Below are positions 12,401-26,409 of a DNA stretch of 64,000 nucleotides, piece after piece. This DNA comes from Cycas panzhihuaensis. Taxonomy: Eukaryota > Plantae > Cycadophyta. The DNA lies in assembly GCA_023213395.1 (NCBI GenBank), contig CM041465.1, positions 101,191,741-101,255,740 on the forward strand, given 5' to 3'. Positions within the stretch are counted from its first letter, which is position 1; every line of letters starts with the position of its first letter. The position numbers and the translations under genes were made by a program. Under the pieces are notes generated by a model. It was not told where the DNA came from and searched no databases. It saw nothing but the letters and a program-made list of their open reading frames with translations.

Positions 12401-15400
12401 CTAATAATACTCTACCTCTACTTCATCATAATTCTTCATATGCTCTATTTGCTATGAAAAATAAAAAGTAAAGAAGGGTTGGTAAGGTGTAAATATCCCT
12501 CACTCACAATTAGCATTAAACTTCATATGCATGACCATTAATGGCCATGTGTGATTACTGAATTTTGGTAGCATTGTGACTAGATATAAAGTTTCCTTAT
12601 CTTGCTTAATGATCTCCCACTTATTCTCTTCCTGCTCTAACCCCCTTTCTCTAAATTGTATTTTCAAATGAGAGCCATTCACAAGGAAACATTTTGCAAG
12701 GTTGTTATTTGATATTCCTTTCCCACTTAATAATGTTTTTTCTCTGCATATTCCTACCTTGAGCTCAAATCATAAGAGACTTATTAGTGCAAACATAAGG
12801 AGGGTAGGACCCATTCTGTTTACTTTCATTCCATCTTTCCTATGAGAGATCTTCCCACTTGGTGGCCTTAAATAAGATGTTTGGCCTTAGTAAGGTATTT
12901 TGTGTAGGCATTGAAGTTATAAGTAACAATTTTGTTGGAATAAAAGTATTCTTTTATTTCTCTAACTTTAAACTATCTTCTATTTTATCATTCTTGGTTA
13001 GAGTTTTCCTACTTGATAACCCTTTCAATTGATATTTTAACTCTCCTACTTGATCACTTCCTACTTGGTAGCACCTTTGTGTGATCGTAAAGTATCCAAA
13101 CCACATCTTATAGGAAAGCATTCCACAAGAACATTTCATTCCATATTTTATCATCTCTTAGAATCCTATCCCCTTGTTTGAGTGTGCTTTGTTCATTTCT
13201 TCTTCACATTTGAATCATATTACCAAAATTAATATCCTAATCATAAAAAGTTGTAAGGCAACAATCTATAATCTATGTCTTTATTTTTGTAATTATGATC
13301 TTAATGCTTGTTCGTTCTTCTAATACAAAAGAAAATATAATGTAAACCTTATTTTTTTGCCTATTTCTCTAATTATGTCAGAAAAGAAAAATTAATTATT
13401 ATACCTTCAAAGGGTAATAGGACCCTAGTTTAACAACCCACTTGTAGGTTAGTCAATGGGAACCCGCTCACCTATTACCAACATATATGCACATGTAGGA
13501 GTTTTAAAGATACCCGCATATAATTCCAATTAATTTATATCCCCTAGACATGAAAGAAGATAAGAGGGAATTATTCTCAATAAGATAAATAATATTCATT
13601 CAATTCTCCCAACAATGCATGGTTAGGATAATCACCCACCACTAGACCATTTCGAATATTAGAAAGACCAACCTAACATTTAGTATAAGACTATCCCACT
13701 CCACTAATCATGAAATCCAATAGATCCCTAAGTAGTCCCTCCTTCATCATGGACAAAAACCTATCCGTAGATGAGATTAAAGAAGTAAAGAATATATCAT
13801 AAATGTAACTACATATTTTTTCATTTTAATATATATAATAAGCATTCTAGTCTAAGTGCAAAGGACCTATGACTTGTAGGTTCAAGGACTTATAACAACA
13901 TACTAATACCCATTCCAACTAGGTCTCTTAAATACAAGTTCAACCCTAAAGAATGACCCTTTAATTTTTTTCCTTTTTCTGTTATGACCTAATTAAATTA
14001 AAAATTGATAATGTAAGATCAATACATCAATAAGAAAACACTTTTTCATTTTCCTTTTGAAATGAAAAAGAGGAAAGAGAATAAGAGATTTCATTTTCCT
14101 TTTCCTTTTATTTTTTTAAAGAAAAATGAGATGTAAAATAAGTTTCTTTCTCTTTCTTTCTTTTGTGAATTCAGAAGGTAAAAATGACAAGAGAGAAGAG
14201 AGAAGATGGTACACATTTTAATATACTCTTGGATTCTTTGTTCTTAGGTGTTTGTCTTATCTTTTATTTCCAAGTAAAAGTAATGATCAAGAGAAACTAT
14301 GAGAACCTAATAGTCATTAAGAAAATTTAGCAAAAGGATTATAGCATTTATACTTAACAAATTGATCTATGACAAACAAAATGTTTACTTAATAACACAA
14401 AATGCTCAAAGATTGATTTAAAAGCAACTTAAAATTGACACATAAATATGCATACTTAAAGAAAATTCAATAACATCTTCCTTACCCTATAGGCACTTTT
14501 AATCAATAAGGGAGAGAAAGAGAGCTCTAAGTTATTATGCTCCTTTACAACATATAATTAAAAAAGTGGCCATTAGCATAAGCATCCACTTGTTGGGTTA
14601 GTTGCAAAGGGGGGAAAATAAAATATCTATGAAATTTAAAGGATAGAATTAAAAAAATCTAAAAACTAAAACTACTTCCAAGTAATTATTAGAATATAAA
14701 ATTGGGCATTGTTTTATAATATAGAAATTAACATGAAGTGATTAAAGATATGAATAATAAATGAATAAAGAATGAAGTATGTAAATAACTTATGGGAAAT
14801 GATCATTTCTAAATATTATATTAGGAATGACTACATACTTCTATTACAAGGTCACCTCATGACTAACTAATTATATATGAGAATCCCTATATCCACTAAT
14901 AGAAAAATACATGGATGAGTGTGCCCATGCACATAACTTAATAACTCAATTTAATAATACATGAGATAGTAGAGGGTTTAATACAACTTGACTTAATATT
15001 ATAATGAGAAAGTAAATATTACTCCTACATTCTTTCCTATAATGTTTAATTACATAAATCAAAGAATAAATATCTTTAAATTTGTTAAAACTTTTATCTT
15101 CACATAAATTAAATTATCACTAAGAAAGAAAACTTTATACTCTTGAAATTACTAAGCCTCAAGTGAGAAAACACCATGACCTATAAGTTGTAAACATACA
15201 TTCAAACTTCTCTATTAATCAACCTTTAATTAAAAAATAGTTGATGTCCATATGAAACAACCAGTATCTACCAAACTATATGGGTAACTAGTAGTTGTAT
15301 CTACCAATTTACTAGGAAGTACTTTAGATATGTGTTTCATTAGTTGATTTGTATCAAACTACTCACCCTAGGAACAACCTACACTAGTTGGCCAATTGGT

Positions 15401-16199
15401 TATATTTAGAGGGATAAGAGTAACCCTAATAATTATATACCACACCACTTATCAAATATAGTTCCCAAATATTGTCTCATACTTTCATACAGTCTTCAAC
15501 TCTAATATCATTATAAAGTAATCTAATGCAACTTCAACTCAATAAGGTAATCTCTAAACTTTAATAACACACCAAAGTCTAATTAGGGCCCATTCCCACC
15601 TAATGACAGGTTAGGTCAGTCACCTTGTTTCTTTATCCTATTGACCTTTTAATGCTATGGGTTGAGGTTAGGATACTAACGAAAGTATATCTCACAAACT
15701 TAAGTAATCTAGTCCTTTAGACACTTCAATCACATGCTACTTCTCTATGACCATATCCTATGTAGCATGTTACTAATATTTCTACTCAATAGTTTTATTA
15801 CAAGCATATTGCTACTCAATGACCATATCATACATTAAGTTGAAGCCACCAAGTTCTCTTGGGCTAACACATTCTATCTTGGAAGATTTTTAACCAATCT
15901 TATTACCTACTACTTATGCCTAGTGAATCAGGCTATGCTACTCAGTTTCTAAGATCGGGTCCTATATATGGATAATAATTCAATGCCCTAATAGTGCATC
16001 CTTTTAAGGGGCAAATCCCTTATATCCCATTCACTAAACTACTTTAGGTAGCCAATTATAATAGCCTCCTCTATTTTAAGGATATCTTACTTATGGTAGG
16101 ACACTTGTAATACCATTACTATAATCTTCTACATCCCATGTGACTACTTATCATAAGGTAAGGAGATTATACATAAGACAAAAATGGAATCCCTTTCTA

Positions 16200-17900
16200 C
16201 TAGAAGTCCCTGTATATGGCCTCCCTCTCATTATTCCTGAATTATCTAGATTTAGTATGGAATCTACATAAGACACAATAGGATATATACATGCCTTCAC
16301 ATTGGCTTATATTAATTTCCTACCTAATAAGTTTATCATGATGAAGTTATCCCCTAAAACACTCTAAGGTGATGCCTTGAAATGGTTTTACCATCTATAG
16401 TCAACTTTGATCTTTTCCTTCTAGTAACTAATCATCATATTCATTAATTACTTTGATCTAGCTTACCCCATTAAGGTAGGAGAAAAATCTCTCCTTTCTT
16501 TGAAAGAAAGGAATGATAAATCTTCTCACCATTTTATTTTCTCGTTTTAAGACTTGGTACATTCATGCCAAGGTCCTTTAGATAATGACTTAGTCTTTGA
16601 TATTTGTACAAATGCTCTAAGGCCTCAACTTCATCTTGATATCCTTAAGTTAGGACCCACATCCTATGATGAGGCTATTGATAAGTGCTTAGCCCTCAAA
16701 TCCTTTAAAATTCAAGTTAGGATTGAGAAATTTGCTAGATACCTACTCTGAAGGATAAGCCTAACTTGACTTAAGATTCTAAACCCACTTAAAATGACCA
16801 TACATATGTCTATTAGTACCAAGTTCCATATAGATCCCTCTCATGGTCTAGAGGCCAATAAGGAAACCAAAGTCACCCATTATATCAACTAGAAAAAAGA
16901 ATCAAAAGTCTAAAACCTAGCTTAAGAAATAGAGACCCCCGTGCTTCTATCATGAAGCTTATAATCATGGTTATGAGGATTGCTATAAAATCAAGGCATT
17001 GAACAAGCATAATCAAGCCAATAATAAGCCCACCTCATGACCAAACTACGATTAGTTAATCCACAAGAATCCATTCCCTATACATAACCCAAAATGTTTA
17101 AATTAAAAAAAAAATACAAGGGTTAAACTAAAGAAGATAATAAGTCCTATGGATTTGACTCTATTTTAAACAAGAATCATTCTCCACCTCTTAAGCATGC
17201 CTTGAATAAAAAGGACCCACCTAAGAATAAAAGTTTACTTGAATATAAAGAACTAAAGAAAACCATAAATATGGCGGAATCCTCTAAGGCACCCACTTCC
17301 TCTAAGTCCTTTAAGAGGGATTCTAAGGAAGATTCCCCTCCTAAATCTTTAGAGGTATCTTGATAATTTCCTATTAGACCTATATATTTTAGGTATATTA
17401 TATAGTATACTAATGGAGGGGGTACTTTATACTCATGGAGGAGCTTAAAACTATCCTAACTAGGATATTTATCATCAACCTCCTCAAGAGTTACCCAAAT
17501 TATAAATAGCTCTTGTATAACACTCTTGGTATTCTAATACCAAACTCTCCTAATAGGCCTCTATCTTTATTTAACATATCCACAGTAATAGATAAAGATG
17601 ACAGAGATCATAACTCCATCATACCTTTCTACATTAAGATTTGAAAAGAGGACATTAATATTAAAAGATGCTTCATAAATGAAGGATCATCCATTGATGT
17701 CATTACTCTCCTTCTTACCCTTTAAGACAAGATAGTCCGTGTTAGACTTGTCATCTTGGACCTAGATCTCAAATATAGTATATTACTGAGATGGCCCTAG
17801 ATTAGTCAAATTTCTACAATTTGCCCCTTCCTCTTTGGAGAGTTAAAAGTTATTCACAATAGTAAGCTCAAAGTAGTTAAGTGCAAGAGTAAGCTAGTCA
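16200..17900 (+). pseudogene. Old Tat-type gypsy gag and protease remnant
   Basis: MKLSPKTL*GDALKWFYHL; the 16554-16751 ORF aligns with the gags at 47487 and 53481 (...KLGPTSYDEAIDKCLALKSFKI). Protease-like CFINEGSSIDVI...ILDLDLKYSILLRWP at ~17660-17800. Confidence 0.75.
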
Positions 17901-19133
17901 CATAGTTTATCCCCTTTATTGATACTATATTTAAAGAAGGTAAGATTTTAATACTATTTAAGTTTATTGGGCTCAATCAACACTTTACTACTAAACCTCA
18001 TCATATCTAAGGAAGAGAGTGATATATGGGAGGTCAATATGGTCTCTATATCTATTTCCTTCATCAGGCATTTTATAAACCATTCCTACTTAATCTTGAG
18101 ATCAAATTCTATATCTAAATATGGACAGGTAGGAGGAGAGGATGTGTAAGCATGACCCTAGAATAGACACAAAGGGTAAGAAGAGATCTAAGTAGGGAGG
18201 GGCACAAGCATATGCCCCTTACAGGATGCTTGTACATCTCTTATACATGTGTGTATGGATGATAATCAAATTGTTTACTAGACTAGTCTAAGGGCAATGT
18301 ATAGGTATGTGCTATATGTCAAAAAAAGAAGAGAAATGAAAGGACCAAAGAATAAAGAATTACCAACTAACAACTAAAATATATTATGTAAGTAAGAAAT
18401 GAGGTAACTATGCATTAGACAAGAAGGTCAACTAAAAATTAACTAAAGAGGCTTGAGATAATATCAATCAAACAAGATAGCTAGCACCTTTGAGAGGGAT
18501 AAATAACACACTAAAATTACTCACTATGTGACGAGATCAATTGACCATAAATATCCAAAAACTCCTACATAACTATGTGCCTATCCTATGTAATTACACA
18601 GACCCAACTAGACTGACCTATCCTAACCCAAACTCATGTACAATCCTAAGATTATGGACTCAACCTATAAGATTGGGGTAAAGGATTGTTTGAATATAAA
18701 GGTATAAATAAATTAAGACCATAAGATAAATTTGCTCTTAGATAATTTGATGGGGACTCATTAATACTGATGACCTAGCTCATAAGATTGTGAGACAGCC
18801 TGGCAATTCTCACATCCAATTCCAACAAACCTCAAACTCCTAAATAGTGAAGTAGAAGAGGACACTACTCTTAACAAGATAAATGAAATTCACTCAACTA
18901 TCCACTCCCTACACACAAGAACATGCAAGGATAGATTCCCTTTATCATCTTATTTAGAACATGAATATGAAGGACTTGATATACCTAAAGGGACAAGACT
19001 ACATCTCTTATCTTGTTATGAAATCTAGGTAGAGAAATTATAATCCCCCCACCCTCTTTGGTATGAGAAAGGACCCTAATCCTAAAAGAGTTTAAGAGGG
19101 TAAATAACAAATAATTTAAATACAACTAGTTAT

Positions 19134-19353
19134 TTTTGGAAATCAACCTGCAATAAGATAATATTTACAAATAGAAATAAATACCTCTAGGATCGAATAA
19201 TACCCTTAAGGTACCTCAAATTGTATTAACAAAACATCCTTATAATAAATACATATGATACATTATGTTGTGTATTTATAATAAATGTTATGATGGTGAG
19301 ACTGGGACCCACTTGCATGTGGGACAAAATAAATGTGCATTAATACTCCAACA
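19134..19353 (-). repeat. 3' LTR of the gag-only element
   Basis: Direct repeat of 22255-22475, roughly 10-12% divergent by eye. Confidence 0.92.
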
Positions 19354-19376
19354 CGCCCCCATAATGCATATCTGGG

Positions 19377-20424
19377 TCATTTGTATTTGCAACGCCTTAT
19401 CCTTAGAAATGTCTTGAAAATAATGTCTTCAACTTGATCCTTATCTTCAATCTTATAGTGATGTCTTTGATATAGAATGATGTCTTCATCTTGATTTTCA
19501 TCTTCAATTATATACTAATGACATTGATGTAGCAACTTTAGTAAGTGCAAATCATGATTCTTCATTGTGGCTAGTCTAGTATGATTTTGATGAAGATCTT
19601 GTAAGTAACCATACTCAAACACAACTTGCTTATCATCATTATCCTATATAAGTTCTTACACACCATGTATAATAGTGATTTCTTTAACCTTTGGAGTAAA
19701 ATCTTGATCGATTTATATACTCTTTAAACTTGAATCAATGCTCAAAGAAGGAACATCATTCAGACTTTGAATTAATCTTAGACTCGTCTTCTATAGGACC
19801 ATCAAATTCATATTCAATTTATCTTGAAATCATGGTGTCATCTATATAAACCTTTATCAATTCATCACTTTCAACATCAGTAGTTGTAGTCTCATCAATG
19901 CATTCAATCATATGTTCAGTAGTAGTTTCATCAGTATTCAAGCGTTCTTCATCTTAACATACTATTTCATCAGTGTTGATAATATTTTCTTCATTCTTTA
20001 TACTTGTACCATAACCATCATTGACCTTAATTTCCTTTCCAAGCATTTGTTGTATCCCTTTAGGAGTTTGTTCAAATACATCCCTTAAAAAATCCCATGC
20101 TTCCTTAGCAGTACTTACATGTTGAATATTAGGAATAACAAAATGGTATGTAGAAAGAAGATCAACCTTATTTAATATAGCAAGAATCATGATGAATGCA
20201 TTTTTGTCTTTCTTCTAAAGCATTTTCTTTTCTTCTTCATCCTTAGGGATATCATACCCATCAATAACAAGCTTCCACAAACCTCTAGCTATGAAAAAAC
20301 ATTTCATTTTAATTATCCAAAAAAAGTAGTCTTCTCCATTACACTTAGGTATTCGAAGAAATGAATCCTTTAAGTAATATTAATTTATTTTATGAGCATG
20401 TATAACCATATCATTTTCCTCCAT
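19377..20424 (-). pseudogene. Decayed gag-like ORF with an acidic C-terminal extension
   Basis: IPKCNGEDYFFWIIKMKCFFIARGLWKLVIDGY...KDKNA...IQHVSTAKEAWDFLRDVFEQ (copia gag N-terminus), followed by a D/E-rich region. Confidence 0.8.
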
Positions 20425-22254
20425 GATTGTAAATGTACCTCTAAACAATGCCCCTTTTTCAATCAACAAATTTACCCATTAATCAATCTAAAAAAACTTT
20501 CTCATGTCTTATGTCCCTCACATCACTGACTTTATCATCACATCATCACCTTGTCTATATTGCCAAACAATCAATAGATATCTAAACCACTTCCTTCACC
20601 ATAAAATCAATGCCTCATAACTTTCACAATGATCATACATGCCACATGTAGCCATTAAATTGCTAAGACACACCACACTACACTCAATTACCCAAAACAC
20701 AACTCATGCCACAATATTACTAATGAATAAACCATACCCTTATAAATCATATAATGATCTACACTTCTAACAAAGTTTACTTTCCTATAACTTAGGTATC
20801 TTCAAAAAACCTCATCTTTCTTTGCCCATTCAATCAATTAAAAGAACACATCATCTAACATGCCTAATCTTAGCCTTAAACATGCCCAACAAATGCCCAA
20901 TCTTGTCATGTAACAAGCACCTCATTCCCTCAAATCACCATTTTTCTTATCCTCAAATTTTCCTTATCATACCCATAAAGCTCTTTTAAGTAAATCATAT
21001 TCTAAGAAGCACTAAGTTGTCATATGTCATCTAACTCATTCATGCAAACACATGCACTATCGCTTCATCACTATATTATGTCATTGTCATAATAGCTCTC
21101 TCATATGAATACATATAAGAAAGCACTCAAATTAACATTAAACAATCATCATCATGCACCTCAAATCACCAATAGAGTTCCAAATACATTTACATCAACA
21201 TGACTTCTGTCGTCTGAAAAAGTACTCTCCCATATACAACATACACAAGAGAGCCTTAAATAGTCACCTCATATTGCACCATCACCCAACTTATTGTCTC
21301 ATATAAATTACATACAAAAAGGCCTATAATCACCTCATCTCACCTATTAATCATGTCATTTCTTTCTTATAAACTTTCTCATATAAATACATATAATAAA
21401 GCACCATATCCATACCCCAAATATTGTCAACAAATCATCGTCATACACTAAACTCAAGCTTACTTTATTATCAAAACAAGACCCTTTTAATAAATGAAAA
21501 ATGCATCATCAATATCCATAAGTATCACCTCATTCATACCATCATCCAAAAGTATCATCCTTTTCCAATACTATATATGTACAATAGATATATTGGGCCC
21601 TAAGAGCAATGGTTTTGTGGCTAAGAAAAGTATGATATAAAACCTTTAAATTCCTAAAAAACTTATTTCTAGAAAAAATATAGCTCAAAAATGTATAAAA
21701 TATGAATGTAAATGATGGGTTCTAAAATATAATTCCAATAGTTTATACAAAATTGAAATCTAAATATCTAGATCAAAAGTTATGCCCCTTTTAAGAATTT
21801 CACAATTAGGGTTTTTAGGGACTATAATAATACCTTCTGATAAACTACTAATAAATTTTCACTCTAAACTCTGATAAACCTCAAACCACTTCCATTAGAA
21901 AGTAAATTAAAAAATGCATAGAATCAAAAAAAAAAATTGAGGTCATTTAGATACTTATAGCCAAAGTTATAGATCTTTGAAGTTGAGGTTACAGATCTAT
22001 CCCAAAAAATACGGCGACAGAAAAAATAGACCAAAATTAATTTTGTTACAATTTTTGCACTTTCACCTCAAAATCTATAGTACAACCACTCAAAATTTAT
22101 AGAATAAGCCATTTTGTCTCAATTTTGCCATTACTTTTTAGAAATTTCAACGTTTATTCTCTCAAATATACTTTCAACCCTTAATGGCACCTCCCTAATC
22201 ACTACTCCAATACTGAACAAAAATACCTCTCTTAACCTGGGCACTCGGGTACCA

Positions 22255-22475
22255 TGTTGGAAATCAAACATGTAATAAAATAATATTCACATATAGAAAC
22301 AAACACCTCTAGGATTGAACTGTACCATTAAGATACCTCAAATTATATTAACAAAACATCCTTACAATAAATACATATGATACACTATGTTGTGTATTTA
22401 CAATAAATGTCATGATGGTGAGACTGGGACCCACTTACATGTGGGACAAAATAAATATGCATTAATATTCCAATA
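22255..22475 (-). repeat. 5' LTR of the gag-only element
   Basis: TGTTGGAAATC...TCCAATA, followed by the TSD. Confidence 0.92.
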
Positions 22476-24404
22476 GTTATATCATTTTAATTACATACAA
22501 ATAGTAAATAATCTAACCTAGTAAACAAAAGTATAGCCCCATAGATTCAAGGACACGAAATAGGTATGAACCTCTTTCTTATAAGTTCTTTGAAAATATA
22601 CAGATAAAAAATCTAAATACCAATGTAGTATAAAAAAAGAGAAAATTTCTTTTTAGATCTTTTTTATTTCTTTTAATAAATTCTTTTCTTTTAAAAATAA
22701 AATTATACATGTGAAATAAGAGGAGAGAAATTAATAATAAGGATACAATAAGCAAACTAAATCCCTTCCTACCCTCTTTTTTTTTTCAAAATAAAACTAG
22801 TAAGTAGAATAATGTTTTAAGCCCTCTTTATTTGAAATTGAAGCTATGAAAGAAGGGTTTAAGGAATACCTAGAATAGAATTTTAAATATCCAAAGTTAC
22901 CCAATTTTTTAAAGTAATTTCTTCCATAACTTTATATAGCATGAATCATACTTAAAATAAGGTTAGGGAAACATACATGATCATCGATTACTAGGAAATT
23001 TTTATAGTATTTTTTCTTGTTGAAGTAACCTATGATAGGAAAAAGTTTTCTAAGAAATTAAATATATTAAAAATCAATTTAAAATTACACTTTTAGTACT
23101 AACATTTTTGTTATTTTTTGGCCAAATTTTAGTAGTGTAATAGTTGTGCAATATGCACTTAACTTTTATGGGAAGGAGTAGACTCCTCTAAGTGCTCTAG
23201 ATACTCTCCAACCTATACACAAGTCTTTAAGGAAGCTCATCCACCTACACAAATTAGTATCTTACAAAGTCTATGGCACCTAGATGGAAAAACTAATAAA
23301 CAAAAGTTAAAATATCAACTCAACACAAGTAAGGAAAAGGTATGAAGAGGGACCTTGAAATTTGTAAATTGACCACCCTTGTTTGAACTTAAATAAGCAA
23401 TATTAAACCTCCTTTATTCTATACGTCATTAACAATCAAAGAGAATGAATCATGTAAAAATAAAAGTATTAAAATCAAGATAACAACAAAGCATAAAAGA
23501 GATTAATTTAATACTAGAAAGTAGGTAAATAAAGTCTTAGAAGAAGGATAAAAATCCTAACAATATTGGGGATGTTACCCTAATTTTAAGTGAAGGAGGG
23601 ATGCCTTTGACATTATACTCTAGCTAAAGAGTATTCCAATAATGTCAAGCATTCATGTCTTAAGCCAAGAGTGGAAGTTAACTAATTAAATTTAAAAACT
23701 ATAGGTTTTGTAATAAGCTTACCCATGTTATATATAAAATATTAGAGTAGGATAATCCAAAAATAATGGAGGTGGATGGAGTGGAGGATTAAATTGAAGA
23801 GCACCAAAAGAGAACCAAAAAGATATTGAAGTAAACCCCATTAAGATTATATTCATCAATATAATATTATATTGAGTAGGGTGTTACATATATAGAAGGA
23901 TCACCCTATTATTATATTGTTCTACCACTAAGCTAACTAATCATACATTTCTCTTATTATTAAATCCTCTTAAGCTTAACCTACTTAACCTCCTAATATA
24001 TTAATTATCTAACATGTGGTGAAAACTCACCATACACCTTGCCCCTTAGATGCTTTGCCCTTAAAGCATATTAATATAAAAATACATATATCCACCACTT
24101 GCCATTTCTAGAATGTCATATGTAGATGTATCATCTTTGTGATATGATATAAAAATTATTTCTACACCTATTAATATATGCAAATCTCTTATTACATGGA
24201 AATATGTACTTAAGAAGTGTGACCTTTTTAGATGGATATCATCATCAAAAAAATGAGGGGCCACGATGTAGTAAAACATAGGTCCATAAAAATTAAGACC
24301 TAAATACTCTTACAACCTAAATATTGATGTGTCAAGTTGATGCTTATACTTTTAAGTAAAGAGATTTTGATCTACTAATGTGAAGAAAAAATAGCCTTAT
24401 CAAT

Positions 24405-24530
24405 TGAGGACTTTACTTATGAAGAATGTTATATAGGTTACAAGCTAGATGTTTCTCATTTAAAATTCTTTGGATATATTTCTTATCCTCATATTCCTAA
24501 TGAAAAAGAATCTAAGTTAGAAAATGAATG
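24405..24530 (+). pseudogene. Copia integrase C-terminal fragment
   Basis: DFTYEECYIGYKLDVSHLKFFGYISYPHIPNEKESKLE resembles TPEEAWTGxKPxVSHLKVFGxxAYVHIPDEKRxKLD. Confidence 0.7.
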
Positions 24531-25254
24531 TTTTGGGAAGTGTCTGTTAAGGTTTTCTCTACGAGATAAAAGTGGCAGTGTGTTGTGAGATTAGATTGAT
24601 GTTGGGAGGTATGATCATGCTCCAACTAAGCAAGGGAGGGTAAGAGTACCCCCCATATGGATTCAGGCTAATAATGGAGCCCACTTAGTATGTAGGTAGT
24701 GGCAGGCATAAATAGACTTGTAAAACCTAGAGAAGGGATACAAAGTGAGTTATAGGAATGAATCCCTTGGAGTTACCAGCTAGTTATGGCATCCACTAAC
24801 CCCTCCATAGGTAGAAGTTACATGCAAAGTGCCCAAATTTGAGGTTGAGACTCCACCTAAGAAAGAGGCTTACCTATTGGAGAGTAGAGGGAAGATGAAG
24901 TCAGAGGGCTACGGAAGGGTGAAGATCAAAGTAAGAGGGTTATCGTGGCCTTAGTGGAGGATGGGAGCTTTACTATTTCTAGTTGATCTCTCTATAGGAA
25001 CTGATGTGAAGAGGGGGAAGAAGACTTTTGAATGATAGCGAGTGAGATCCTCGAGTTATATTTTTATATACTACTATTTTTTATTCTGATTGAATATGCT
25101 GATTTTAGGAAATTATGACTTGTAATGAAGAAAGAACCCAAAACTCAAAACTAGTCCCTTAATTTGCCTCTAGGGAGATCCTATTGAGAGGTATTAAAAT
25201 TAGGAGAGATAAAATAATTTAACATAACACCCATTATTAAAATATATATATATA

Positions 25255-26400
25255 TTCTAGTCCCTAAGAAGTTGGTGGAAAGAATGGAGAAACATTAGGA
25301 GAACTACCTAATTAGCAGATTCTTAGGCCCTATACCAGGTTTAAATGTATTCAGGAGTTGGATCAAGAGTAGGTGGAGGACCAGTAATCCTGTGGAAGTC
25401 ATGGCCCTCCCAAGGGATTTCATGTTATTCAAGTTTGTAACCCAGGAGGATATGGCCAATATTCTTCTGAAAGCTCCATGGATGATAGGAAGAAAGGCCC
25501 TACTCTTGGAAAAATGGCATCCTGATTTTGACCCCTCAGTGCCATCGATAAAGCAGATTTTGGTTTGGGTCCAACTACTTGGGTTGCCCTTTCAGTTCTG
25601 GAACATGGAGTTTATTAAGGGGGTGGAAAAAGTTATCGTCCCCCTTTTGGAAATTGATTCTACTACTAGAAATAGGAGTAGATTAATTAATGCCAGGTTT
25701 TACACCCTAGTTAGGATAGATAAGGCTCTCCTTGATAAGGGGTAGGTTGATATAGAGGAATAAAGCAAGGAGTAATCCTTGATCTATGAATTTAAAAACT
25801 TTAGATGATGAGTGTGTAAAAGGTTAGGTCATTTACCATAAAAGTTCCCCAGGGAAAAGAAAGAGAAGGAGGTGAGATAGGAGAAGAAATCCACCCTAAA
25901 GGACAACCTATGAGAAGCTTAAAGAGCAAGGGAGTCCAGAAGCCCCCCATATGGATCATGTGGATATGATTGAGTTCAACCTTAATGTGGAGGACACCCT
26001 CAATAAGGAGGGGAAGGAGTTCTAAGAGATTGGGAAGGTGGAAGGTAGGGTGATCCCCCTTAGAAGGAGCAGGTAAGCCACGATGAGGAACTTGATGTCT
26101 TAGGAAGACGAGAGGTTAGAGGGGGGCCAAAAAGAGAGTGGATAATCAAGGGAAAGGCTCCCCAGGAGGAGTAGAGAAATATTGGATAATAAAAAGGCTC
26201 AGATATAAGATCAAAACAAAGAGTGAGAAGAACCCCACTCAGGTTGGAGAGAGAGAGAGAGAGAGAGAGGCAGTTACTCAAATCGATCAAGCAGCTAAAA
26301 GACATTAAAGGAGGGCATTTTGGAAGGTCCAAGATTAAGGACCAGAGAAGAAGACCATGAAGGGCAAAGAGAAGAAGGTGGAGAGTATTGGAAACCTAGG
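25255..26400 (+). pseudogene. LINE ORF1 remnant
   Basis: LISRFLGPIPG...SWIKSRW, FMLFKF, KAPWMIGRKALLLEKWHPDFDP, VWVQLLGLPFQFW. Decayed knuckle FR**VCKRLGH at ~25800. Confidence 0.85.
26247..26269. repeat. (GA)n microsatellite inside LINE ORF1
   Basis: About 11 GA units. Confidence 0.9.
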
Positions 26401-26409
26401 AGGAAGAGA

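Larger units (their letters stand above)
1100..13200 (-). mobile_element. Old, highly degenerate Ty3/gypsy remnant (integrase C-terminus plus long 3' region), interrupted by copia-1
   Basis: The minus strand at ~12900-12660 reads ...YQITTLQN...VNGSHLK, a typical non-chromovirus integrase end. Purine-rich decayed coding sequence continues on both sides of copia-1. Boundaries are approximate. Confidence 0.45.
19134..22475 (-). mobile_element. Non-autonomous gag-only copia-type LTR element (TR-GAG-like), 3342 bp
   Basis: LTRs of ~220 bp at 19134-19353 and 22255-22475. Perfect TSD GTTAT at 19129-19133 and 22476-22480. PPT-like ATGGGGGCG and PBS-like TGGTACCCGAG. A copia gag N-terminus is present but no PR, INT or RT. 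Confidence 0.9.

Noticed and set aside
25042-25260. GT...AG-bounded AT-rich segment in the LINE 5' region, considered as an intron
   Set aside because: A sense intron is not expected to survive retrotransposition, and the 3' part could be native ORF1 sequence.
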